Shown piece after piece: positions 1-8,249 of a stretch of DNA of 64,000 nt. The translations under genes were made by a program, and so were the position numbers. Within the stretch, counting starts at the first letter, position 1. Each line of letters begins with the position of its first letter. A model generated the notes under the pieces. The model saw only the letters and a program-made list of their open reading frames with translations, ran no database searches and had not been told where the DNA came from. This DNA is from an uncultured bacterium (GTDB taxonomy: Bacteria; Muiribacteriota; Ozemobacteria; Ozemobacterales; Ozemobacteraceae), in contig CAYRYU010000004.1 in NCBI GenBank assembly GCA_964428355.1, positions 3,261-67,260 of the forward strand. Direction: 5' to 3'.

Positions 1-4
1 TCTG

Positions 5-1312
5 ATGAATCAGGAATTTGAGGGCTCATTGCTTGGTTCCCCGGTAGAAACATTGGAGGATTACCTCCATTCAGGAGGGATGAAAGGCTTGAAAAAGGCC
101 CTCAAACTTTCTCCGGGTGAAGTGATTTCCGAGATCAATGCGAGCAACCTCCGGGGCAGAGGGGGAGGGGCATTCCCTACCTGGAAGAAGATGGAGGGGG
201 TTTCGCGGGCCGCGGAAAAGGCGCGTTACGTCATAATAAATGCCATGGAATCGGGGTGCGGGTGTTTCAAGGATCGCGAGCTCCTTCGACGGAATCCCTT
301 TCGGGTTTTCGAGGGAGCATTGATCTCGGCCTACGCGGTTTCCGCCGGAACGGTGATCCTGCCCCTGAGCTGCCGGCAATCAGGTTTGGAAAAGCGTCTT
401 GGAGACGTTCTTGGTGATCTGAATGGCAAGGGCTTCTTCGGCCGCGGAATCCTGGGCTCCTCATTCGATTGCATAATCGAGACCCGCTGCGGGGGCGAAG
501 CCCTTTCATGCGGGGAGGAGACCGCCCTTCTGGAGTTCCTCGAGGGGAGGCGGGCGATTCCGCGCGAAAAACCCCCCTTCCCCGACTCGGTGGGCCTTTA
601 CGGAAAACCAACCCTGGTTTCCAATGCGGAAACCTTTGCGCACGTTCCCGGAATACTTCTGGAGGGGGGAAGCAAATTCTCCGGCTCCGGAAGGGTTCGG
701 TATCCCGGGTCCCGAGTGGTGAGTATCAGCGGGAGGGTAAGGAAGCCCGGAGTTTATGAGTTCCCCGCGGGTACAACCGTCCAGGGAATGCTGGATGCTG
801 CGGGGGGAGCCCTCGATGGCGAGGAAATCACGGCGGTCACCCCGTGTGGTGTCTCCTCCGGGTTTCTTCCCAGGTCACTTTTCAACACACCCATGGACCC
901 CGAATCCTTCCGAAAGATCGGGGTGAATTGGGGGCCGGGGGCCCTCATTGCGTATTCCGGTGTAAACTGTATCGTCAATCTGACCATGTGTCTGGCGCGG
1001 TATTTCGCGGCGGAATCCTGCGGAAAGTGTACCCCATGCCGGGAAGGAACCCGTCGGATCTTCCGGCTTCTCCAGGAGACCTGCGAAAGGAAGCACACAC
1101 CGCGGTCGGGAAAGTCCCGGATGCCGACCAACCCGGAGTATGAACCGGAGCCTCTTGTCAGATCGCTGGGTGAAACGATGCGCCTTGCGTCCAGGTGCAG
1201 CCTTGGGCGGCTCGCCGGCGGTGCGGTCCTTTCGGGGTTCACCTTCTTTCGGGAAGAGTTTCGCGCCCACTTCGAGGAATTCACCTGTCCGGCAGGAGTC
1301 TGCGGAGAATGA
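5..1312 (+). CDS. NADH-binding flavoprotein subunit (NuoF / HndC / HydB-like) partnering the downstream hydrogenase; possibly 5'-incomplete
   Basis: 435-aa ORF with the glycine-rich NADH motif GRGGGAFPTWKK and the C-terminal [4Fe-4S] motif ESCGKCTPCREG typical of 51-kDa NuoF-type subunits. Its TGA stop overlaps the ATG of the next gene (ATGA at 1309-1312). The ORF begins 5 nt from the window edge and the frame is open to position 2, so the true N-terminus may lie upstream. Confidence 0.85.
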   Translation: MNQEFEGSLLGSPVETLEDYLHSGGMKGLKKALKLSPGEVISEINASNLRGRGGGAFPTWKKMEGVSRAAEKARYVIINAMESGCGCFKDRELLRRNPFRVFEGALISAYAVSAGTVILPLSCRQSGLEKRLGDVLGDLNGKGFFGRGILGSSFDCIIETRCGGEALSCGEETALLEFLEGRRAIPREKPPFPDSVGLYGKPTLVSNAETFAHVPGILLEGGSKFSGSGRVRYPGSRVVSISGRVRKPGVYEFPAGTTVQGMLDAAGGALDGEEITAVTPCGVSSGFLPRSLFNTPMDPESFRKIGVNWGPGALIAYSGVNCIVNLTMCLARYFAAESCGKCTPCREGTRRIFRLLQETCERKHTPRSGKSRMPTNPEYEPEPLVRSLGETMRLASRCSLGRLAGGAVLSGFTFFREEFRAHFEEFTCPAGVCGE

Positions 1313-3087
1313 ACATGGAAAGGCCTGCAAGGGTGTTGATCAACTCCATTCCAGTCGAGGTACCCGCCGGAACGACCATCATCGAGGCGGCGGAAAAGGT
1401 GAACGTCATCATCCCCCGCTTCTGCTCCTCGAAGGAGTCTCGGCACAGCGGATCCTGTCGCATCTGCGTCGTCGAGGTGGAAGGGGAGGAGTATCTTCAG
1501 ACCGCATGCAACACGCCGGTTCGGGAGGGAATGGTCGTGACAACGAACTCCCCCCTGGTTCGGAAAACTCGCCGTATGGTTGCCGAGTTGCTGATTTCCG
1601 GTCACCCGGACGACTGCCATTCCTGTACCCGCCTGACTCCCTGCGGACTGAGGAAACTTGCCGCCGAAGTCGGAATCCGGGAGCGGGTTTTTCCCTGGGA
1701 GGGCCAGGGGCGGGCGATCGATGCCTCCCATCCATCGCTTGTCCGGAACCCCGAGAAATGCCTCCTTTGCGGAAAGTGCGTTTTCGTTTGCCGGGAAGTC
1801 CAGACAGTCGATGCGATCGGGTTCGCCGATCGGGGTCGCAACACTGAAGTAGCCTCAGGAGCTCCCAGCGGAATGATCGACTCCCCCTGCGTGGGCTGTG
1901 GACAATGCATCCTGGTTTGTCCTACCGGCGCGCTATCCGACTCGACCGACCCCGATGCCATCTGGAGCGTGCTGGCCGACCAGGGAAAGTTCGTCGTGGC
2001 CCAGGTCGCCCCCTCGACCCGGGCAACCTTGGGGGAGGAGTTCGGGTTCAAGGCGGGGACCAACGTCGCGGGGAAGATCGTCAGCGCCCTTCGCAGGCTC
2101 GGTTTCCGAAAGGTTTTCGATACCACTTTCGCCGCGGACCTCGTCGCGGTGGAGGAGGCCCACGAGCTTCTTGCAAGGCTGGAGAAGTCCTGGGCACAAC
2201 CCGACGGAACCCCGGAAAGCGCTTTCGGTTTGGGCCTTCCTCTCATGACAAGCAGCAGTCCCGCATGGGTCAAATTCTTAGAACATTTCTACCCCTCCCT
2301 GCTTCCCCTGCTTTCTACATGCAAGTCTCCCCAGCAGGTCGCGGGGGCACTCACCAAAACCCATCTCGCGGAGGGCATGGGGATCGACCCCGGGTCGATG
2401 GTGGTCTTTTCGGTAATGCCCTGTACCGCGAAGAAGTTCGAGGCCACGCGTCCCGAGATGGTCGTTTCAGGTATGCGGGAGGTGGATTTCGTCCTCACGA
2501 ACCGCGAACTGGCGCGGCTGATCCGGGAAGCGGGAATCGATTTCGCTAACCTTCCCGAAGAGGATTTCGACGACCCCATGGGCGTCTCATCGGGTGGCGG
2601 CGACATCTTCGGCGTTTCGGGCGGGGTCCTGGAGGCGGCTCTCCGTGTGCTGGCAGGGCTCGTTTCCACCGGGGAGCCGCCCTCTCTGGAGTTCCGCGAA
2701 CTGCGGGGCTTCAAGGACGTCAAAACCGCGATCCTCCAGTTCGAGAACCGTTCTCTCCATGTTGCCGTTGCGAGCGGGCTAGGACCTGCACGCGAGCTCG
2801 TGGAGGGATTGGTTTCCGGGAAGGGGCCGAAGTTCGACTACATCGAAGTGATGGCCTGCCCGGGAGGCTGCATCGGTGGCGGGGGCCAGATCTCGGCGGG
2901 CAACTTCGAGGTCCAGGCAAGAAGGGCCGCGACGCTCTACGCCCAGGATCGGGGAAAACCCGTCCGGAATCCGGCCGATAACCCCTTCATCAAAGCCCTT
3001 TACAAGGATTTCCTGAAAAAGCCCAACAGCCCGAAGGCAGTTTCTCTCCTCCATACCCGTTTCGTGGCCCGAAGCAGAGTCTGGTAA
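1309..3087 (+). CDS. [FeFe]-hydrogenase large-subunit-like protein (HydA / HndD family, M3 domain architecture) with a non-canonical H-cluster L1 motif
   Basis: The N-terminus has a [2Fe-2S] motif (CSSKESRHSGSCRIC), a His-ligated cluster motif (HPDDCHSCTRLTPC) and two ferredoxin-type motifs (CLLCGKCVFVC, CVGCGQCILVCP). The H-domain has L2 MPCTAKKFE and L3 EVMACPGGCIGGGGQ, but L1 reads MTSSSPAW (nt 2248-2262) instead of TSCCPxW. The true start is the ATG at 1309, not the track start at 1195, because it overlaps the upstream stop. Confidence 0.85.
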   Translation: MNMERPARVLINSIPVEVPAGTTIIEAAEKVNVIIPRFCSSKESRHSGSCRICVVEVEGEEYLQTACNTPVREGMVVTTNSPLVRKTRRMVAELLISGHPDDCHSCTRLTPCGLRKLAAEVGIRERVFPWEGQGRAIDASHPSLVRNPEKCLLCGKCVFVCREVQTVDAIGFADRGRNTEVASGAPSGMIDSPCVGCGQCILVCPTGALSDSTDPDAIWSVLADQGKFVVAQVAPSTRATLGEEFGFKAGTNVAGKIVSALRRLGFRKVFDTTFAADLVAVEEAHELLARLEKSWAQPDGTPESAFGLGLPLMTSSSPAWVKFLEHFYPSLLPLLSTCKSPQQVAGALTKTHLAEGMGIDPGSMVVFSVMPCTAKKFEATRPEMVVSGMREVDFVLTNRELARLIREAGIDFANLPEEDFDDPMGVSSGGGDIFGVSGGVLEAALRVLAGLVSTGEPPSLEFRELRGFKDVKTAILQFENRSLHVAVASGLGPARELVEGLVSGKGPKFDYIEVMACPGGCIGGGGQISAGNFEVQARRAATLYAQDRGKPVRNPADNPFIKALYKDFLKKPNSPKAVSLLHTRFVARSRVW

Positions 3088-3127
3088 ACCCCTTCGGCCA
3101 TTCCTGAACGAAAGTCGAGGGAGCGTC

Positions 3128-4564
3128 ATGAAAGTCAAGGAAAACGCCGCATCCGTGATCGATCCACCCGCCATCCACGCACTCCTCGGAAGTCTTCCGA
3201 AACCTGATCCCGGTCGGTTCCGCGAAGTCCTGGAGAAGGCTTCCCTCAAGAAAGGCCTTTCACTCGATGAGACCGCGTTTCTTCTCACCCTCACCGACCA
3301 CGAAATGATCCGGGAGATGACGGAGACGGCAGTCCAGGTGAAGGACGCGATCTACGGGAAAAGGCTGGTACTCTTCGCCCCGCTCTATTCGACGAGCCAT
3401 TGCATCAATGACTGCGAATACTGCGGGTTCCGGGTCACGAACGCCTGTCCCAGGCGGAGACTCTCGCTGGAAGAGATCCGCCAGGAGACCGAGGTCCTGA
3501 TCCGGATGGGCCACAAGCGGATCCTTCTGGTTGGCGGCGAAGACCCCGAGCTCTCGGTCGAAACGGTGGCCGCGCAGGTCCGCGCGATCTACGACGTCCG
3601 GATCGGCAGCGGAAACATCCGCCGGATCAACGTCAACATCGCCCCTCAATCCGAAGAGGGTTTCCGGAAGATCAAGGATGCCGGAATCGGCACCTATCAA
3701 TGTTTCCAGGAAACCTACCATCCGGAGACATACGCCCGGCTCCACCTGAGCGGGCCGAAATGCGACTTCGAAAACCGCCTGCGCGTGTTCGAACGCTGCA
3801 TCAAGGCCGGGATCGACGATTTCGGGGTTGGTTTCCTTTTCGGCCTCTACGACCACCGGTATGAGGTTCTCGCCCTGCTTCAACAGACCCGGCATCTGGA
3901 GGCGAATTTCGGGATCGGCCCCCACACCATTTCCATCCCGCGGCTCGAGCCTGCGGAGGGAACCGATTACTACCGTACCACACCTTGGAAAGTCTCGGAC
4001 GAAGAACTCGTCAAGACCACGGCGATACTACGCCTTTCCGTTCCCTATACCGGTATCATTCTCTCCACCCGGGAATCCCCCGAAATGCGGCATCGGCTTC
4101 TTCGCGTCGGTGTTTCGCAGATCAGCGCGGGTTCGATCACAAATCCCGGCGGATATGCCGAGGTTCAGGGGCCCCATCCCTCCGGCGCGGCCGGAGACGG
4201 CGAAGAAAAGGGTGTCGTTCCGCAGTTCGAGGTCCAGGATCACCGCTCTCTCGACGAGATCATCCGAATGGCCTGTGACGAGGGATACATCCCCAGCTTC
4301 TGCACCGGTTGTTACCGGAAGGGCCGCACCGGGGAGGTTTTCCAGCACCTGGCGAAGGACGAGCATATCGGTCCGATGTGTACCGTCAATGCTTTCGCGA
4401 CGCTTCAGGAGTATCTGGAAGACTATGCATCCCAGGAGACCAAGGATGCCGGGACCCGTTGCATCAGGAGATTCCTGGGCGACGAAAAGGATCCCGGGCT
4501 GAAGAACCGGATATCGGAAGGGATCCGTCGGGTCAAGACAGGGGAACGGGATGTCATCGTTTGA
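3128..4564 (+). CDS. hydG: [FeFe]-hydrogenase maturase HydG (radical SAM tyrosine lyase)
   Basis: 478 aa; radical-SAM motif CINDCEYC; C-terminal CTGCYRKGRTGEVFQHLAKDEHIGPMC matches the HydG auxiliary-cluster pattern CX2CX22C. A GAGGGAG RBS sits 6 nt upstream; the gene lies 40 nt after hydA. Confidence 0.9.
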   Translation: MKVKENAASVIDPPAIHALLGSLPKPDPGRFREVLEKASLKKGLSLDETAFLLTLTDHEMIREMTETAVQVKDAIYGKRLVLFAPLYSTSHCINDCEYCGFRVTNACPRRRLSLEEIRQETEVLIRMGHKRILLVGGEDPELSVETVAAQVRAIYDVRIGSGNIRRINVNIAPQSEEGFRKIKDAGIGTYQCFQETYHPETYARLHLSGPKCDFENRLRVFERCIKAGIDDFGVGFLFGLYDHRYEVLALLQQTRHLEANFGIGPHTISIPRLEPAEGTDYYRTTPWKVSDEELVKTTAILRLSVPYTGIILSTRESPEMRHRLLRVGVSQISAGSITNPGGYAEVQGPHPSGAAGDGEEKGVVPQFEVQDHRSLDEIIRMACDEGYIPSFCTGCYRKGRTGEVFQHLAKDEHIGPMCTVNAFATLQEYLEDYASQETKDAGTRCIRRFLGDEKDPGLKNRISEGIRRVKTGERDVIV

Positions 4565-5630
4565 ACCCGACAAGTTGATCGAATCGCTTTCGGCAAGGGT
4601 GTTCCCGACTCCCCCGCAGGCCGCATTCCTGTTTTCCGATGCGTTCGACCCGTGGCGGGGGAAGCTCTTCGCGGCCGCTGACCTTTCCAGGAAGGAACAT
4701 CTGGGAGACGACGTCTTCCTGCGAGGACTGATCGAATTCAGCAGTCACTGCGCGCGGGACTGCGATTATTGCGGCATCTCGACCCACAATCGTCTTGCGG
4801 AACGTTACCGGATGGACCGCAGGCAGATACTCGATTCGATCGGGGCGGCCATCGAGCTGGGATTCCGGTCCTTCGTCCTGCAATCGGGGGAAGATCCGCT
4901 TTTCGGTGCGGGCGAAATCTGCGCCCTGCTATCGGAAATCCGTGGAAAGTACGATGTCGCCGTCACCCTTTCCGCGGGTGAATGGTCGCGGGAGGAGTTC
5001 GCCGAATTCCGGAAGGCCGGGGCCGACCGTTACCTGCTACGGATCGAGACTTCCGACCCGGTTCTGTTCGCCCGCTTCCATCGGGCACGTCCCCGGGGCG
5101 GAGGCTCCGGATCACCCTGGGAGAACCGGTACCGCTGCCTCCAGGACCTACGCGAACTCGGATTCCAGGTGGGGAGCGGAATTCTGGTCGGCCTTCCCGG
5201 CCAGGATGCGGAGAGCCTTCGCCGTGACCTCGAGTTCCTGATCGCCCTGAAACCCGAAATGGTCGGAATCGGCCCGTTCATTCCCCATCCCGAAACCCCT
5301 CTCGCGGGGGAAAAGGGTGGTACGCTCGAATCCTGTTTGACATTCCTCTCCCTGCTCAGGCTTTTCATGCCTGATGCCTATCTTCCGGCAACGACAGCCA
5401 TGGGCACGGTCGATCCCCAGGGGCGCCAGCGGGCTCTAAGGGCCGGGGCAAATGTCCTGATGCCCAATGTCTCTCCCTTGGAGAACCGCCCGAAATACGA
5501 ACTCTATCCCGGGAAGATCTGCCTTTCCGACGATGCCGCGGTCTGCCGCGGATGCGTGGAACGTATGGTCATCTCCATGGGAAGGAAGGTCAACCTCGGG
5601 AAAGGGCACATCGTGAGACATGTCTATTGA
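4551..5630 (+). CDS. hydE: [FeFe]-hydrogenase maturase HydE (radical SAM, biotin-synthase-like)
   Basis: 359 aa; radical-SAM motif CARDCDYC; BioB/HydE-like TIM-barrel core; overlaps the hydG stop by 14 nt. Confidence 0.88.
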   Translation: MSSFEPDKLIESLSARVFPTPPQAAFLFSDAFDPWRGKLFAAADLSRKEHLGDDVFLRGLIEFSSHCARDCDYCGISTHNRLAERYRMDRRQILDSIGAAIELGFRSFVLQSGEDPLFGAGEICALLSEIRGKYDVAVTLSAGEWSREEFAEFRKAGADRYLLRIETSDPVLFARFHRARPRGGGSGSPWENRYRCLQDLRELGFQVGSGILVGLPGQDAESLRRDLEFLIALKPEMVGIGPFIPHPETPLAGEKGGTLESCLTFLSLLRLFMPDAYLPATTAMGTVDPQGRQRALRAGANVLMPNVSPLENRPKYELYPGKICLSDDAAVCRGCVERMVISMGRKVNLGKGHIVRHVY

Positions 5631-7032
5631 AAATGGTGAAACCTCCTTTCGCCGCGAAAAGGACTTCCTTGGAGAGAGGGAAGTCCCGGCGGGAGCTTAT
5701 TTCGGAATCCATTCCCTGAGGGCTTCCGAAAACTTCGCGCTTTCACCGCCCGGGGGGCCGGCTGGAAGGCTCTGCGCAGGAATGATCAAAGCGCTTGGCG
5801 TGGTGAAGAAAGCCGCCGCCGCCGCCAACCTGGCCATCGGGGAGATCCCGGGGGAGAAGGCGGAAGCGATCTTTCGGGCGTGCCAGGAAGTCATCGACGG
5901 AAAGCTCGACGGGCATTTCGTCGTCCATCCGCTTCAGGGCGGGGCGGGGACGGCATCCAACATGAACGTCAACGAAGTCGTCGCAAACCGGGCGAACGAA
6001 CTTTTGGGTTTCCCTCTCGGGTCTTACTCACCCGTCCATCACCTGGACGATGTCAACCGTTCCCAGAGCACGAACGACGTCTTCCCCACCGCGCTCCGGA
6101 TCGCCGCCATCTGGAGTCTGAGGGAACTGGTCGGGGAGATCGCCCGCTTCCAGGAAACCCTCCAGGCGAAGGAGGCCCAGTTCTCCAAAATACTCAAGAT
6201 CGGACGGACCCAGCTCCAGGACGCGGTTCCGATAACGCTCGGGGAGGAGTTTTCCGCTTACGCGGAGGCGATCTCCCGGGATCGCTGGCGTCTTTATCGT
6301 GTCGAAGAGCGGTTGCGGGTCGTGAATGCGGGCGGAACCGCGATCGGGACAGGGATAACAGCGTCCAGGGGGTTCCAGGCGGAGTTCATACGGATCCTTC
6401 GGGAAGAGAGCGGAATCGGTCTCGCACGGGCGGAGAATCTGGTCGAGGCCACCCAGAACGCGGATGTGTTCGTCGAGGTATCGGGCCTTCTTAAGCCTCT
6501 GGCGGTCACCCTGGGAAAGCTCGCTGGAGACCTGCGATTGCTGGCGTCCGGGCCCCATGCGGGTCTCGGGGAGATCCGTCTTCCCGCGGTCCAGGAGGGA
6601 AGCAGCATAATGCCGGGGAAGGTCAACCCCGTGATGTGCGAAATGATCGGTCAGATCGCAATGAAGGTATACGGTAACGATCAGATCATCACCCATGCCG
6701 CGGAGTCGGGGCAGCTCGAGCTGAATGCCTTCCTTCCGGTCATCATGGATTCCCTGCTCGGTTCCCTCGGGCTTCTGAAATCCGGAATCGCGCTTTTTCG
6801 GGAGAAATGCGTCTCCGGGCTGGAAGCCAACGAGAACCGGTGCCGGGACAACCTTCGGGGTTCACTCGGGGTTCTGACGGTCCTTGCGAAAAAGCTCGGC
6901 CACGCAACGACATCCGAGGTCTATCTGAGGCACCTCGAGACAGGACGGCCCATCGACCTCATCCTTGTCGAAGGGGGGTTCGCCACCCCGGGGGAGATCG
7001 AGGAGGCCCTGACCTCCTTCCGCGCCCGATAG
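5620..7032 (+). CDS. Aspartate ammonia-lyase / class II fumarase family protein embedded in the hyd maturation operon
   Basis: 470 aa; family signature GSSIMPGKVNP and the conserved TNDVFPT / QSTND region; overlaps the hydE stop by 11 nt. Confidence 0.85.
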   Translation: MSIENGETSFRREKDFLGEREVPAGAYFGIHSLRASENFALSPPGGPAGRLCAGMIKALGVVKKAAAAANLAIGEIPGEKAEAIFRACQEVIDGKLDGHFVVHPLQGGAGTASNMNVNEVVANRANELLGFPLGSYSPVHHLDDVNRSQSTNDVFPTALRIAAIWSLRELVGEIARFQETLQAKEAQFSKILKIGRTQLQDAVPITLGEEFSAYAEAISRDRWRLYRVEERLRVVNAGGTAIGTGITASRGFQAEFIRILREESGIGLARAENLVEATQNADVFVEVSGLLKPLAVTLGKLAGDLRLLASGPHAGLGEIRLPAVQEGSSIMPGKVNPVMCEMIGQIAMKVYGNDQIITHAAESGQLELNAFLPVIMDSLLGSLGLLKSGIALFREKCVSGLEANENRCRDNLRGSLGVLTVLAKKLGHATTSEVYLRHLETGRPIDLILVEGGFATPGEIEEALTSFRAR

Positions 7033-7059
7033 GGGAACGAGGATCCCGAAAGCGGGGTA

Positions 7060-7140
7060 GCCACAGAGGCACAGAGACCCAGAGGAAGTCCCAAACCGTA
7101 AAAGGTTCTCGGGTGTGGCCTCTTCTTCTCTGTGGTCTCC
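7060..7140. repeat. Small imperfect inverted-repeat element built from CACAGAG / CTCTGTG units (copy 1), between convergent genes
   Basis: gccacagaggcacagagacccagagg (about 7060-7085) and its inverse ctctgtggtctc (about 7128-7140) lie in the 155-nt gap between the aspartase-like gene (+) and sppA (-). The same motif recurs at 12.1-12.2 kb. Confidence 0.5.
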
Positions 7141-7187
7141 GAGGCTCGGTGGCTTTCCTGGTCTCCCAGAAATGGGCTTTGGGGAGG

Positions 7188-8219
7188 TCAGTTGGAGGCG
7201 GGTTTCAGCTGGAAGAGCAGTTTCGGGGTTCCGCCTTCGGAAAGGATCTCCTTGAGGCCTTCGAGCATGGCCGGAACGCCGGAGCGGGCTTCCATGAGAT
7301 CCGTAAGCAGGCTCTGGATGCCCTTCCTTGCCTTTCGCTTGACCAGTTTGGCGGTGTCGATTTTCGCGAGCTCCCGGATCTTGGCCAGGGCATCCTCCCG
7401 GTATCCGATTCCGTCGATGAGTCCGTTCGTAAGCGCCTGGGAAGCCGTGTAGATGCTTCCGTCGGCGAGTTTCGTGATGTCGGAAACGGGTTTCCCGCGA
7501 TTCTTCGAGACGATTTCCAGGAACCGGTCCTGGAGTGCATCGATGATCGAAAGAAGCATGGTGCGTTCCTCCGGGGTCATTTCCCGGAAGGGGGAGAGGA
7601 CGTCCTTCTTCGGGGTGCGATCCGATTTCAGCATGATGGACCTGTACCCCACGAGCTGGGCTAGCTTCTCGAGATTGGCGGCCTGCATCAGGACGCCGAT
7701 GCTTCCCACGACGCTGGTGGGGTGCGCCATGATCTTGGTAGCCGCGCAGGAAACGTAGTATGCCCCCGAGCAGCCCATGCTTCCGATGAGGGCAACGATG
7801 GGTTTGTCTTTCTCGGTAATCTTTCCGAGCTTGTGATGGATTATGTCGCTGGCGGTGACCTCACCCCCGGGGGAATCGACCTCGAGCAGGACCGCCTTGA
7901 CCTCGGGGCGCTCCAGTGCGCACTCGACGTCCTTGCGGATGGCTTCCATCGGATCCTTACGGACCTCGAACGCGTACCGGTCGGAATCATCGGCTTCCTG
8001 GATGACACCGCTGATCTTGATCAGGAGGATTTCGTTCTGGGCTTCCTTGTCGCCCTCCACGAACTCGACCTTGTGTTTTGCATCCTTCGAAGGGGCGGCT
8101 CCCATGGTGTCGAGAAGATCGAAAAGGGAGGCGGCGGAAGCTGTTTCGAGCGGCAGCGAAGCGGAAACGAGCAGTGTGGCAAGAAAAAGGGTGGCAAGAA
8201 AACCTGGTCTCATGGTCAC
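7188..8219 (-). CDS. sppA: Signal peptide peptidase SppA (S49 family, 36K type)
   Basis: 343 aa; N-terminal signal peptide (LFLATLLVSASLP); ClpP/crotonase-fold S49 core (GSMGCSGAYYV, catalytic Ser/Lys region). Confidence 0.75.
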   Translation of the reverse strand: MTMRPGFLATLFLATLLVSASLPLETASAASLFDLLDTMGAAPSKDAKHKVEFVEGDKEAQNEILLIKISGVIQEADDSDRYAFEVRKDPMEAIRKDVECALERPEVKAVLLEVDSPGGEVTASDIIHHKLGKITEKDKPIVALIGSMGCSGAYYVSCAATKIMAHPTSVVGSIGVLMQAANLEKLAQLVGYRSIMLKSDRTPKKDVLSPFREMTPEERTMLLSIIDALQDRFLEIVSKNRGKPVSDITKLADGSIYTASQALTNGLIDGIGYREDALAKIRELAKIDTAKLVKRKARKGIQSLLTDLMEARSGVPAMLEGLKEILSEGGTPKLLFQLKPASN

Positions 8220-8249
8220 CTCCGAATGGTGGATTTCACCTTTTCATTT

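Noticed and set aside
754-1731. 325-aa minus-strand ORF antisense to nuoF/hydA
   Set aside because: Arg/Pro/Gly-rich composition typical of GC-rich antisense frames; it fully overlaps two genes with strong motifs.
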